From: Chrysomallon squamiferum
Lineage: Eukaryota; Animalia; Mollusca
Reading direction: 5' to 3'
Assembly (NCBI GenBank): GCA_012295275.1
Contig: CM022678.1
Location: 11,594,001-11,658,000 of the forward strand
Length of the DNA: 64,000 nt
Within the stretch, counting starts at the first letter, position 1. Each line of letters opens with the position of its first letter. Under the pieces are notes generated by a model, which did no database searches, was not told the origin of the DNA, and was given only the letters and a program-made list of their open reading frames with translations. Made by a program: the position numbers and the translations under genes. Positions 14,234 to 25,641 of this stretch are shown in pieces.

Positions 14234-14614
14234 TCAATCCCGTCCCATTTTTTTCCGTCTGCTTCGTGTGATTGGTTGTCGAGTCAGCATGTTTCCCGCT
14301 CTGTATTTCTGTGTGCCGTCCACGTAGCAGTCGATGTACGAGTTCTCCCGATTCTGCAAGTCTGTTCTCCTGGAATGTGCCTGGTGACATTCCACGGGAG
14401 ATTTTGGCTCCAGTTTTAACAGCAGAGGAATCGAGAATCGGTATCGAAACTTCAGCAGCAGCGAAACGAGGATCACAACCAGCGTCATCGCCATGACAAC
14501 GGGCTGCCACTGCGCGGGGATTTCCTGGAAAAACATGCGGATGCTGCGGCCGAGACAGGAGAACAGTTGTTCCACTGGGTGCAGAACACAGCGCGAAGCT
14601 GCTGATGACAGCAC
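14234..14614 (-). CDS. CLCC1: Chloride channel CLIC-like 1 (CLCC1/MCLC family)-like, last coding exon
   Basis: VLSSAASRCVLHPVEQLFSCLGRSIRMFFQEIPAQWQPVVMAMTLVVILVSLL resembles the CLCC1 third-TM region. Acceptor ttccAG at 14615-14616, phase 0; stop at 14234. Confidence 0.8.
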   Translation of the reverse strand: MLSSAASRCVLHPVEQLFSCLGRSIRMFFQEIPAQWQPVVMAMTLVVILVSLLLKFRYRFSIPLLLKLEPKSPVECHQAHSRRTDLQNRENSYIDCYVDGTQKYRAGNMLTRQPITRSRRKKMGRD

Positions 14615-15080
14615 CTGGAACAAAAAAAAAATAAAAAAATAAAAAATAAATAAAATAAAAATAATCAAATGTTAATAAATAAATAAAGGGAACAATAAAG
14701 AAAGAATTGTCACATTTACTTCACGACAGAGCATTTTAATTTTTTCTTCGAAAAAGTTTGTATTTTTGCAGCAAATTGTCTTTTATTCTATTACTTTCAA
14801 GACAAAAAACTACAAAAGAAAAAGCTGATCTACATTAATACGTTAATACAGGAACAATGGACAGAAGGGGATATTTCTTTTTCAAATTAATAAATTCAAA
14901 AAAAATAATAAAAAAAAATAAAAAAATAATAATAATAAATAATAGTAATAAAAATAATAAAAAAACAACAATGACAAAAGGATTAAACAGTTTTAGCCTC
15001 TCACTGATATGTAAGTAATGATTTTACAGAGATATTTTTTTTTTAAAACTGATAATTATGTGAGTAAACATCTGACTCAC

Positions 15081-15236
15081 AAGTAGAGGTGTGAGCTCCC
15101 ACAGGGGGTCAACAAGGAGGTAGTAGTAGTACTTGTTACACGGGTCATCGTCACTCCAGGAGAAGTGATGCTTTGACCACTCCCTCAGACTCTGCATGAT
15201 GCCCATCCCCTGGGGGAAACACTCCTGTGGTTTACC
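15081..15236 (-). CDS. CLCC1: CLCC1-like internal exon (GKPQEC...DDPCNKYYYYLLVDPLWELTPLL)
   Basis: Motif DPCxKYYxxLLVDPxWxxxP is characteristic of CLCC1. The exon is 156 nt, phase 0/0, with AG and GTGAGT boundaries. Confidence 0.88.
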
Positions 15237-16368
15237 CTTAACATAGAAAAAATAATAAAAATTATAATTAAAAGTTAAAATAATACTGCTAATAATAATA
15301 ATAATGATGATGGTGACAGTAATAATAAATGATAATGATAATGATATTAATGATGATAATGATTATACTAATAATTATGATGATAGTAATAAAAATATTA
15401 ATGATAATAATACAAACACAAATAAAAATAAAATAAGACTTAAAAAAAGAAACAAGAAAAAAACTTTGTTTTTATACAGTAAATATCTAGAAGTGTGGAT
15501 TAGTGGAAACAAAAAATAAAAAATTCATGAACACTATTACTTTCTGCGAGTGTTTAAAAATAATCAAATTAAGAAAATTTCACATGCTCTGGTGGTAAAA
15601 AGGCAGAGTAATGAATGGTAAAAAAGGTAAAAGAATTTATGTGTATCTGCAGAATGGTGACAACAGGTAATTTATTTTATAGGTTTACCTACAAGTTGTG
15701 TAACAAAAATGTAAATAGTTTTGTTACATTTCCAAGACATTATTTTATTTATTTTCTGTTAAAGCTGTTTAACATAGTAACAGAAAAAAGAAATAGACCG
15801 AATATATTCAAAAAAAGTCATTTTATTTTAATTGTTGGCAGTGAACCTGTGCTAACAATTAAGTATACTAATTAGTTTTCTTTTCATTTTTGTTATGTCA
15901 TTTCATACAAGGAATGCTAAAGAAATATATCCCCCAATAAAATGCTACTTTGAATTAATTTATTTATTACAGATTTATGAAAAGATCATCCTACACTTCT
16001 GTCACTATCAACTATTTATCACTAGCAACAAACTAAAGCAGAAAGTAACCAACTATTAATATGTAGATTTGTGATGGTTCACAGGAAAACAGGGACAAAA
16101 TTATGTTAATGTTATTTAGCTAACCAATGAAGGTTTTCTGAACAAAACGGCAAAACAGAGTAAGAAATGGCGCAGGTTATCTCACAGCATTTCAGAAAAT
16201 TAAGTTTTTAAAGTGACGAATAAATAAAAAATAAAAAATTTCAACATGGACACATTTCTGCACGAGTGAAGGTATTGCTCTGTAGCATCAAAACATGCAG
16301 TGTGTGTGAGACGTGACCCTGAGTTTCGCATGCTTCGACACATTTGTTTAAAAAACAAAAAATCTTAC

Positions 16369-16918
16369 GGCCGTTGTTTTGGCAGCTCTTATGGACACCT
16401 CCCTCTGGTAGAGTCTGACAAACTCCCACGGAATGCTGACCAGTGTCATCAAAATAACCACCAACCCCACCACCCGCCACAACGTCCACACACTCGCACC
16501 TCCGTGCGCTCCCTCCTCCACCGCAGTTCTCTCCCTTCCCGGACTCCCTCGTCGTACGTCACAGTCGTCCTCGAAACGTCCACAACATCGTCGTCATCAT
16601 CGTCGACCAGTCCGCGCCACTTGTACAGATTGCAGAGGATGACGCACATCACTATCACCGTGACGACAGACAAGCGAATGATGAACTCTTTGAGCTCTGA
16701 TTCTCTGGTCACCTCGGAGACCCAGTAAGAAACGTCCTCGGGAATGTTGAGTGCGATGATGTAGAAGCAGATGGTGAGGATGTTGCTGTCGCAGAGTTGT
16801 GAGCGGTAGTGCAGTGCGTGGTTGACGGGACTGTCGAAGCCGAGCATGCGGTGAAAAAATCTCAGAAGAGACTGTGAAAAAGTGGTTAAACTTTCCTGTG
16901 AAGAGCAGTGCAATTTAC
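16369..16918 (-). CDS. CLCC1: CLCC1-like exon 2 (two TM segments; contains a frame discontinuity)
   Basis: Acceptor ttacAG at 16919-16920. The 5' frame gives TM LSVVTVIVMCVILCNLY. A different frame at the 3' end gives WTLWRVVGLVVILMTLVSIPWEFVRLYQREV and reaches the donor GTAAGA. At 550 nt the exon is one base short of phase compatibility. Confidence 0.72.
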
Positions 16919-16931
16919 CTGTAAGTAAAAA

Positions 16932-17497
16932 TAACAAAACAGTGAAGTAAATTAAATATTCTTTTTAACAAAACAGTGAAATAATGAATAAAATGAACAT
17001 TCTGCTTAACAAAACAGTGAAATTATGAATAAAATGAACATTCTGCTTAATAAAACAGTGAAATTATGAATAAAGTAAACATTCTTTTTAACAAAACAGT
17101 GCAATAAATTAAATATTCTTTTTAACAAAACAGTGGAATTATGAATAAAATAAACCTTTCTAAAAAACCAGTGAAATAAATTAAATATTCTTTTTAACAA
17201 AACAGTGAAATAATGAATAAAATGAACATTCTTTTTAACAAAACAGTGAATATGAATAAAATAAACACTTTTTAACAAAAAAGTGAAATTATGAATAAAA
17301 TAAACATTCTTTTTAACAAAACAGTGAAATAATGAATAAAATGAACATTCTTCTTAACAAAACAGTGAAATTATGAATAAAATGTAATATTATTTTTAAA
17401 AAAACAGTGAAATTATGAATAAAATGAACATTCTTTTTAAAACAGTGAAATTATGAATAAAATAAACATTCTATAAATTAAACAGTGAAATTGTGAA
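16932..17497. repeat. About 48-bp minisatellite (AACAAAACAGTGAAATTATGAATAAAATGAACATTCTTTTT), roughly 12 copies, abutting the CLCC1-like exon 2 acceptor
   Basis: Visible directly; starts about 12 nt from the AG. Confidence 0.9.
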
Positions 17498-17584
17498 CCA
17501 AAAAAAATATTTATATATAAAAATACAAAAAAACTACCCTCTGTTGGATTTTGCAAAACATAATAATGCTGGAAATGATCAAGA

Positions 17585-17714
17585 AAATACTGGATTTGAC
17601 TATGAAAATACTGCTTTTGACCATGAAAATACTGGATTTGACTATTAAAATACTGCTTTTGACTATGAAAACACTAAATTTGACTATGAAAATACTGGAT
17701 TTGACTATTAAAAT
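17585..17714. repeat. 21-bp minisatellite (GACTATGAAAATACTGGATTT), about 6 copies
   Basis: Visible directly in the sequence. Confidence 0.88.
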
Positions 17715-17912
17715 ATCAGTTAATATGGACGACTGCTTGTTTATATGAGTTATCCCAGAATGCAACACATCATGGCCATTTTACTTGATTATGTGGCAGA
17801 TGACGTACATACATGTTCCAGCTGTTAAGTTCCTTCTACAATAGACATAATGTTATAAATAATGTTAATAAAACTACCTTTATATAATAAACATGTATTG
17901 TTGAAAAGAGAG

Positions 17913-17947
<35 letters not shown>

Positions 17948-18924
17948 ATTATCGTCTAATAAAATTATACTTTTACATGTATTAATGAATGGAAACAAAA
18001 TGCTGAAAGACAACAAATGGACAATCATATTACAAAACACACAGTTAAACTAATTTTGGTTTTTGTTCTTTCCAGTTCTGAACAGTACTCCTGAAGTTGC
18101 TTATAAAAAAAAAACATGATATGAACTTATCAGTGAAGTTTTGCTGTAAACTAATGAGTTGTTGTTATGTGTGTGTGTGTGTGTGTGTATGCATATATGT
18201 ATGCATGTGTGTGTATATGTGTACATCTGAATTAAATGATTTAAGAAATATGAATATTTTTGTAAAAGACATCAAGAACACATTATTACATCAGAAGAAT
18301 TTATTTATTACATATTAAGTTGAAAAAGGCCCACGGTTAATGTTTAAACTTCAAAATAATAATAATAATAAAATTAATAAGTTTAATAATCAAAATACTA
18401 AATATAATATTAATAACTAAAAAGTGCATAATGATAATAGATATAATAAAAAATATTGAGTAGTAAGAACAACATTAATAATAAAATAAATAACTGTCGT
18501 TCTTTATGGACTTTGATCAGTAACTGACATAAATTTGTTTCAAAATAAAGCAATTGAACCGTAAGTCACTAAGTGCTAATTTATTCACTTATTCATTATT
18601 GGCTAATAGTCATATTCAATGATATTGGGAACCAAACTTTGCTATAGTTATGATGTTCAGTATTTTTTTCATCAGGAAATTTAGATTAAATTCGACAGAC
18701 GATGATACATGATACAACACTACACCAGTTACTTTAGTCAGCTGCAATATCATCACGTTCGTGACATTGACATTATCTTAATAATCAGCTTAAAAAACCG
18801 CCGATAAATCACGATCATAAATGATGAGGATCAAATAAAGATTTGGAAATCAATTCCACTGAGCATTTAAAATTTAAATTAGAATCGTTTCACGTTATAA
18901 CAAGATGTAGTCACACCCTCTTAC

Positions 18925-19021
18925 CTATTTTGTTTCGAATATACAAAAATAAAAGACTCAGGAGAAGGAACGGGACGAAAAATGTCCATATTCTCTTGCT
19001 TGTTTTTATTTTTGCCGCCAT
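18925..19021 (-). CDS. CLCC1: Probable first coding exon of the CLCC1-like gene (MAAKIKTSKRIWTFFVPFLLLSLLFLYIRNKI-)
   Basis: ATG in good context (acaATGG), 32 codons + G, then GTAAGA. Phase 1 matches exon 2. The segment is hydrophobic and signal-like, and lies in a local CpG-rich patch. Confidence 0.65.
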
Positions 19022-21614
19022 TGTCGTTGTTGTTGCGTTGAAATTCTTCCACTTCAGCAAAGCGGCACCAACAAATTCTAGAAAACGCAAATGAATCATT
19101 TTATTACAGATGTACATACTGTGATGTTAATAACCAGCCAAAATACACATTAGTTATTTCCAAATTAATGTATTACTTGTTAATATAAACAAATCTTTAC
19201 TAATTAGAAAATTCTGCAGTTTCTAAAATTATGGTTTTGTTAATGGAATTTAATGTTTGTTGTTTTTTATTAAGTTTTTTAAGTTTGTAAATATTTTTTT
19301 AATTTTTATTACTGAAACCAACCTTTGCGAATATAAAAATTCAATACTTTCAAATATATAGATTGTGTAATTTTTTATTTTTTTTTGTGTGTTTGTTTGA
19401 ATAATCATCTCATTTCCTATTGCATATGTACTCAGTACTTATTTGTGTGAAAATGAACAAAACTAGTTAGTGTGAGCTTGCTCAGTTTGAAAGACAGGCC
19501 CTCTGTAAAATGGACATATCATTTTCCTTGCAAATAAATAACAGATGTCTATTATGAAGTTTTGAAATTTCTTCTGCAATGTTAAAAATAAGATTGTGAA
19601 ACTAGTAATTTTATGAAATTGCTGAACAAAACAGTCATATTATCTGTGACATAAGTTTAATTTTGAAACAAGTCCTGTCTCCATAGTTGTGTGGGTGTGA
19701 AGTTGTCTAGCTGAAAATCTGGGATACTTGGAAAAATTGAGCTAATCTAATTAAGTATCCTTTATAACATATTTAGTATTATATAATGTATATTTATATA
19801 TATACATGTGATTCATTAGAAAGGTAATTGGTTTCTTCTTCTCTGTCAAATCTCGTTAATATGACAACATGAAATTTTTCCAGTTCTAGTTCCCCAGTTG
19901 CTATGTTAACTTAATTCCTGATTTGTTATACAGATCCAGTTCAGCTTCACTCAAAAAATAAGACAAAAAAGAAGAATAAATAAAAATATTTAAATAATCG
20001 TTTATTCACTGGTTAACATTGATCATAATTACAAAATCAATTTTAATTTTTAATAAAATTTTCCTTTCATAAAACTGACTCACATAATCATGCAAACTAA
20101 TTCGTTTGAAATGTTGCTAAAAAAAAAAAAAAAAAAAAAAACCCCAAAACAATGTTCATTTCACCCCAAGTCAAAAATCTGGAAAAAAAAATGGAATCAT
20201 TTTTATGTTGTTGAACTTAAAAACAGTTTTAAATATTTCAAGTTGTGATTTTCATACTTTGAAGTCATCAAGGATGTCGATAGATTGTTTCTTTTCCTGC
20301 AGTAGTTAGGACACCTGTGAAAACTGTTGCAGCAAATTTATTAAGGATTTTTCATAAACTGTAACACAATTATTGAGAAAAGCATTTAATTTTTAAAATA
20401 ATTATTATGAAATAATCTTCTGTACAAATGGATAGATTATTTATATTATTTTATAACAACAATAACGATGATGATGAAAATTATAATAATAATAATAATC
20501 ATAATAACAGATTGTAGTGATAGTAATAATAATAAAGACTGTAATGATAATAATAATCAACAAGTAAATAAGACTAGAAATCAACTCATAAACAATATAT
20601 ATATATTTATAAATATATGTGTTTATATTTTTGTTAACTAGACACATGTGTGTGTGTGTGTGCAATTAATACAAATTAAAGACAAAGTTGAGAAAAACAA
20701 TATAAAAACTACAAAAATTACCAGAATAAAAACAAAACAAAAAGCAATGACAACCATCAAAGTTTAAAGATACTACTGAACACATATTACTTTTAAAAAA
20801 CCATTTCAAAACCCCAGTACAAACATACAATCAGTCATCCTCTAAGTAACTTTATAAAATACCCTAGATACAAAATTATTATTTTTGTTTTTACATTGAA
20901 ATACAAATCATATATAAAAAAAGTACGAATACAAAAAAACAAAAACCCAGTGAAAACATCATCTAAGCATCATGACAAATGAAAACAAAAGCAAAAACAA
21001 ATTTAGACAATGTATAAATAAAAAGCAAGCAAAATTTACCACACAAAAAAAAAAAAATAAAAAAAAAGAAAAAAGTACCCTCAAAAAAAAAAAAAAAAAA
21101 ATAAAGAAACACTAAAACTACTTAAAAGTTATTTGATGAATTGAGCAATATAAATAACAAACTAAGGATACTAATTATTTAACTCAAATTGCGTTATAAA
21201 AAATATAAAATAGAAGTTTTTACTGGGCACAGAATGACAAATGAAATTTATGAGATATCTACATCTATTTAGACATTTTATTCTGTTTTTTATTTTATTT
21301 ATCATAAATATAGATAACAGATTTCTAAATTAGTGATTCTAGTTTTATTAAATGACCTGTTTACATTTTATTTAATCTACAAAAATAAATTATTTGTTAA
21401 TTTCAAAATAATAGTTGATCAGCAGTAAACAAGATTAATATCACTAACCAATTCACAAAAATATTAATTCATTTTTCATAAAACCCAATCAGCATTAGTA
21501 CTGGAATAATAAAGATACATAAATTCTGATGATGATAATAAAATATATTTTAATTATATAATTATTTTTTTAATTATATAATTAATTTTATAATAATAAT
21601 AATAATAATAATAT

Positions 21615-21657
<43 letters not shown>

Positions 21658-22670
21658 TTATCTCAAACTGTCACATTATTAAAAATAAATTATGCAAAAT
21701 AGCCTTCAATAATGAAACCAAAATTAAACTTTTATAAAATCATAGCTTAAAATGCCTGGAATATAACCACTTTGACTGAATTTTCAATAATTTGATAATA
21801 TAATAATCAACTAAGAAAATTTATCTTTTGAAATAATAAAGTGCTACATTTTAACTTTAATAATGGAATATGAATCAGAATGGTATCCATTATAAAGTAT
21901 GATTTTCAAAATATGAAATTCGACAAAAACTAACTGGAATGAATTTAAACGAAACTTAGAATCTTTCACGTTTATACAATCTAGATAGGTCTATAATAAA
22001 TAAAGCTATGATGAATTAAGTTTATGTCAATATTATGCATATCTGAGCTCACAAATACTTAAACTTACGGCCTACTAAAAATTCTGAAATAAAAATATGT
22101 TCATTAAGATAAATAAAACTGTTGCTGCAGATGTCAAAAATTAAAATACTTTTTTTTTAGCATTAGTATCAGGTACTTTCACATTTTCATTAATAACGAA
22201 AAAAAAAATATATATTAGTGAAGTAAGAAAAATGGCTGCCAAATTTTCATTCTTTAACAAATTTTTGCATTGATGTTATACTTAATCATTAGTAAAGGTT
22301 GTGCATCTACATTCTTATTTCACCCAGATGTCACATTTTCTCATGGAATCACCTGTCTTATTTATTTATTTATTTTTTGGGGTCTATGTCAGCCATGACA
22401 TCTTCTGAATATAATTAACATAATTTACATCTTAATCTGAACATAAAGATAACCATGAACAGTTCTAATTGGAAATAATATCATCTTAGTCTTGTTTCTG
22501 TCAAGATAATGAAATATTTTCTTATATCTACAGTTTTAAGATAAACATGCCTACGAAAATCTTCAGTCTTAAATATGTTAAAAATGTTCTTGTATCATCA
22601 CTGGTACCGTATGGCTATTATGCATGGAACTATTTCTTTGTGCGTATTTACATCCTGCTTGTTCAGCTAG

Positions 22671-22778
22671 TTAGTCATTCTTAGCACAATCTCCAGTCTT
22701 CTGTCGTCTAGCTTCCTGAATGAGCTGCATCTGTTTCACTTGAACCATCAAGTTACCAGCGTTAAATAACCACATCAT
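22671..22778 (-). CDS. TMEM18: TMEM18 exon 5 (MMWLFNAGNLMVQVKQMQLIQEARRQKTGDCAKND*)
   Basis: Acceptor ttttttcAG, phase 0, 108 nt to TAA. Corresponds to the TMEM18 C-terminal helix and basic tail. Confidence 0.88.
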   Translation of the reverse strand: MMWLFNAGNLMVQVKQMQLIQEARRQKTGDCAKND

Positions 22779-23216
22779 CTGAAAAAAATCATTAAATGCT
22801 TTATCAGTTGTTTATGTATATTTCGATGAAAATAAAAAAAATTGTATCTATCTATATATGATTCAAATAAATAAACCAACGAATAGTAACAAACTGTTGG
22901 ACAATAAAAAGAAGTAGTAATAATAATAATATAAAATAAAAATCATGAAGTATGAAAAATCATTTGAAAAAGACACCTTCCTCTGTGGGCTTATTGTGTT
23001 CATACTTTATTATTAACAAAGATTGGCTATCAGTAAACTTAAACAATAACTGCAAGATATTTACCCTGCTTGAATTATGACATGGTAAACTTTAACAAGA
23101 ACCAAAAATTAGATGGCATAAAAGTAAACAAAATGTTCTATGTCAAATTAATTTTCAGGCATTATCTAATAGTTTTAATGAAACTAGGTAATACTAAAGG
23201 AGGACAGTTAACTTAC

Positions 23217-23310
23217 AACAATAACAAGACAGTTGCAAAGAATTGGCATTGAAAACACAACAGATATGAAGAGACCATTACTGTCAAAATACTGTTGCTT
23301 GGAAAAAATT
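23217..23310 (-). CDS. TMEM18: TMEM18 exon 4 ([31 protein letters not shown])
   Basis: Matches the conserved TMEM18 motif FSKxQYFDSxGxFISxVFSxP. The exon is 94 nt, phase 2/0, with AG and GTAAGT boundaries. Confidence 0.95.
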
Positions 23311-23786
23311 CTGAAAACAGAAATTGAAAATTATATAAATGTTAATCCATGTATAATAAATTATAGCAATGAAAAGATAACAAAGAAAAATACAATAAAT
23401 AAATAAATAAATAAATAAATGGTAATACAAATAATGAATATACAAAAAAAGAAAAAGGAATTTGAAGCCATCACAGAAATGGAGAAAGATTCTGTAAGTT
23501 TCATTAAAAAAAAAAAAAAAAAAAAAACTCAATAAAATAATTTGTAAATGTAAAAAATATAATTTGACTATTTGCTCCAATACTAGTAAATGAACACTTT
23601 AATAATAAATAAATATTGTGTATTGTATTGTCTGTTAAGAGCTCTTACACAATACACACAAACATAAAAAATAAAAATAAAAGAAAAATATAATAATAAT
23701 AATAACAATAAATAAATAAATTTAAAATTAAACTGTCTGAAGTAAAGAAAATGTTTTTATATTTTTATTTTTTGAATGTGACTTAC

Positions 23787-23841
23787 GTCCAGTGCTTGGC
23801 TGCTTGTTCATTGATGTACTCTGCACACCACACTAGTAACA
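23787..23841 (-). CDS. TMEM18: TMEM18 exon 3 (LLVWCAEYINEQAAKHW)
   Basis: Matches the conserved LVxCAEYINExAAxxW. The exon is 55 nt, phase 1/2. Confidence 0.95.
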
Positions 23842-23844
23842 CTG

Positions 23845-23847
23845 AAA

Positions 23848-23906
<59 letters not shown>

Positions 23907-23955
23907 ACAAACAAACAAACAAACAAATAAATAAATAAACAAATAAACAAACAAA

Positions 23956-24029
<74 letters not shown>

Positions 24030-24030
24030 A
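23845..24030. repeat. (AAAT)n/(AAAC)n microsatellite directly adjoining the TMEM18 exon 3 acceptor
   Basis: Visible directly in the sequence. Confidence 0.95.
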
Positions 24031-24670
24031 TGAGAATAGTAATAGATAGGTATACAGACAAAGTTGAAGACAGATAAAACAAAGCTGTATATATATTTAT
24101 ATAAATTATATTTTTCTTTGATCTCAAGAATGAATGAATGAATGAGTATGTAATAATTTTTACATGATTTATTTATTTTCTTTCAGTTAGAAAATTACAA
24201 CAAGAGGAACAATCACAGAGATGTGAAATTTTCAATTACATTCTGGGGATTTAAACTTTTAACTGACTTCCTGGATTGACAATTTAATTATTTTTAGATG
24301 GCTTTGGTATTATAATTAAAATAACTCTGATTAACATTATCAAGTTGCTACAATTTGAAACCATGCAAATTAAGAAAGGTTTGCTGAGTCATTTCCATTT
24401 AAAGTTTGTAATGAACACATAAATATAAAATGTAAACATGATATATTAATATTTAAATTAGTAAAATTAAAATAAAAGAAGAAGAAGAAGAAGGAAAAAA
24501 AGATTGCACTTCAGGGTGCAGTGTTTTATTCACACACCACACCCCATACAAATGTCAAATAACCGTGCACTCCGGTTTCTGAACATTTCTCCTTTTTCAA
24601 CACTGTAATAAAACTGTTTGCTATAGGTGGCTGGTTTTAACTCAGACAGCTCAATCAGCTAATTACTTAC

Positions 24671-24788
24671 ATAATACTGCGAAGTGAATAATCTGCAAGG
24701 TGCCTTTCTGGCGAATAAAGTAAGTCAGACAAAATGATGCCAGATGAAAACACAAAAGTCCCTGAAGCCATTTTTCTGTCCAGTCTAT
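24671..24788 (-). CDS. TMEM18: TMEM18 exon 2 (IDWTEKWLQGLLCFHLASFCLTYFIRQKGTLQIIHFAVL)
   Basis: Contains the DWTExWLxGLxxFH motif. The exon is 118 nt, phase 0/1, with ctgcAG and GTAAGT boundaries. Confidence 0.95.
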
Positions 24789-25177
24789 CTGCAGGAATAA
24801 AATAAAATATAAACTGTAATTTCTTTAATTAAAAATGAAACACTTTAAATAACTAATTATTGTAATTATTTTAAATTATTTCTAAAAATTGAAATGTCTA
24901 GAATGTAATTTGTTAATCACATAATGTTGTGCTCTACTCTAACACAGTGCAAATATTAAAATGATTAACTAAGTAAGTTTAAAAGTTATTTGTTTCAGCT
25001 TCTTCAGTTTCTGAATTTGTTGTCAAATTCTGAAAATGAAACTGCTTTTGCTGTTTATCAAATCTTGTATTCCTAATTAACTTAAACTGCTGATCATTGT
25101 GTTTCAGGGTTATGGTAAAAATAAACTGATAACCTGTGAAACTTTCAACTTTATTTTTTGTTTTTTACATAACTCAC

Positions 25178-25231
25178 AGATGAAACAAACTTCCACAGAT
25201 TATCAATTTCACCCGTGCGTATTCCCTGCAT
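25178..25231 (-). CDS. TMEM18: TMEM18 exon 1 (MQGIRTGEIDNLWKFVSS)
   Basis: ATG, 18 codons, then GTGAGT, phase 0. The five exons total 429 nt = 142 aa + stop, the expected size for TMEM18. Confidence 0.82.
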
Positions 25232-25570
25232 TTCAAAATGTGTGAAACCGGTTTGCAACAAAATAAAAACTTAGCCGCGATGACACATTTTAAAATTGTG
25301 TTGTAAGCAAATTCACAAAAATTCCTCTGAAACATAAAAGTTAAAACGGAAGTAAACACGTGTCGATCAATTCCGAAAATCTTATTTTGGTCAGTCGGAA
25401 TTTATTGTTAAATGTCGGTATTAATAATTTTGTAGAGTAGATTTAGAACATAACGAAATATACGGCAGAAACTGGCCTTACGTATTTATTAAACAAATAA
25501 TTTAATAATCAATTTTATTCATGCTGTCAAACTCTTTAAAAGACGTATGTTTCAACACATAAATATGTCC

Positions 25571-25641
25571 GCATCGGTGGTCTAGTGGTAGAATACTCGC
25601 CTGCCACGCGGGTGACCCGGGTTCGATTCCCGGTCGATGCA
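25571..25641 (+). tRNA. tRNA-Gly, anticodon GCC
   Basis: GCATCGG/TCGATGC acceptor stem, A-box TGGTCTAGTGG, anticodon loop CT-GCC-AC, B-box GGTTCGATTCC, discriminator A, and a TTTT Pol III terminator about 7 nt downstream. Confidence 0.97.

Noticed and set aside
16480-16600. Programmed ribosomal frameshift in the CLCC1-like gene
   Set aside because: No slippery heptamer or obvious stimulatory structure seen, and the assembly shows errors elsewhere in the window.
16300-16728. 142-aa + strand ORF
   Set aside because: Antisense shadow of the GC-rich CLCC1-like exon.
23787-23841. AAKHWT peptide as the end of a ubiquitin-conjugating enzyme
   Set aside because: The neighbouring exons clearly assemble into TMEM18.
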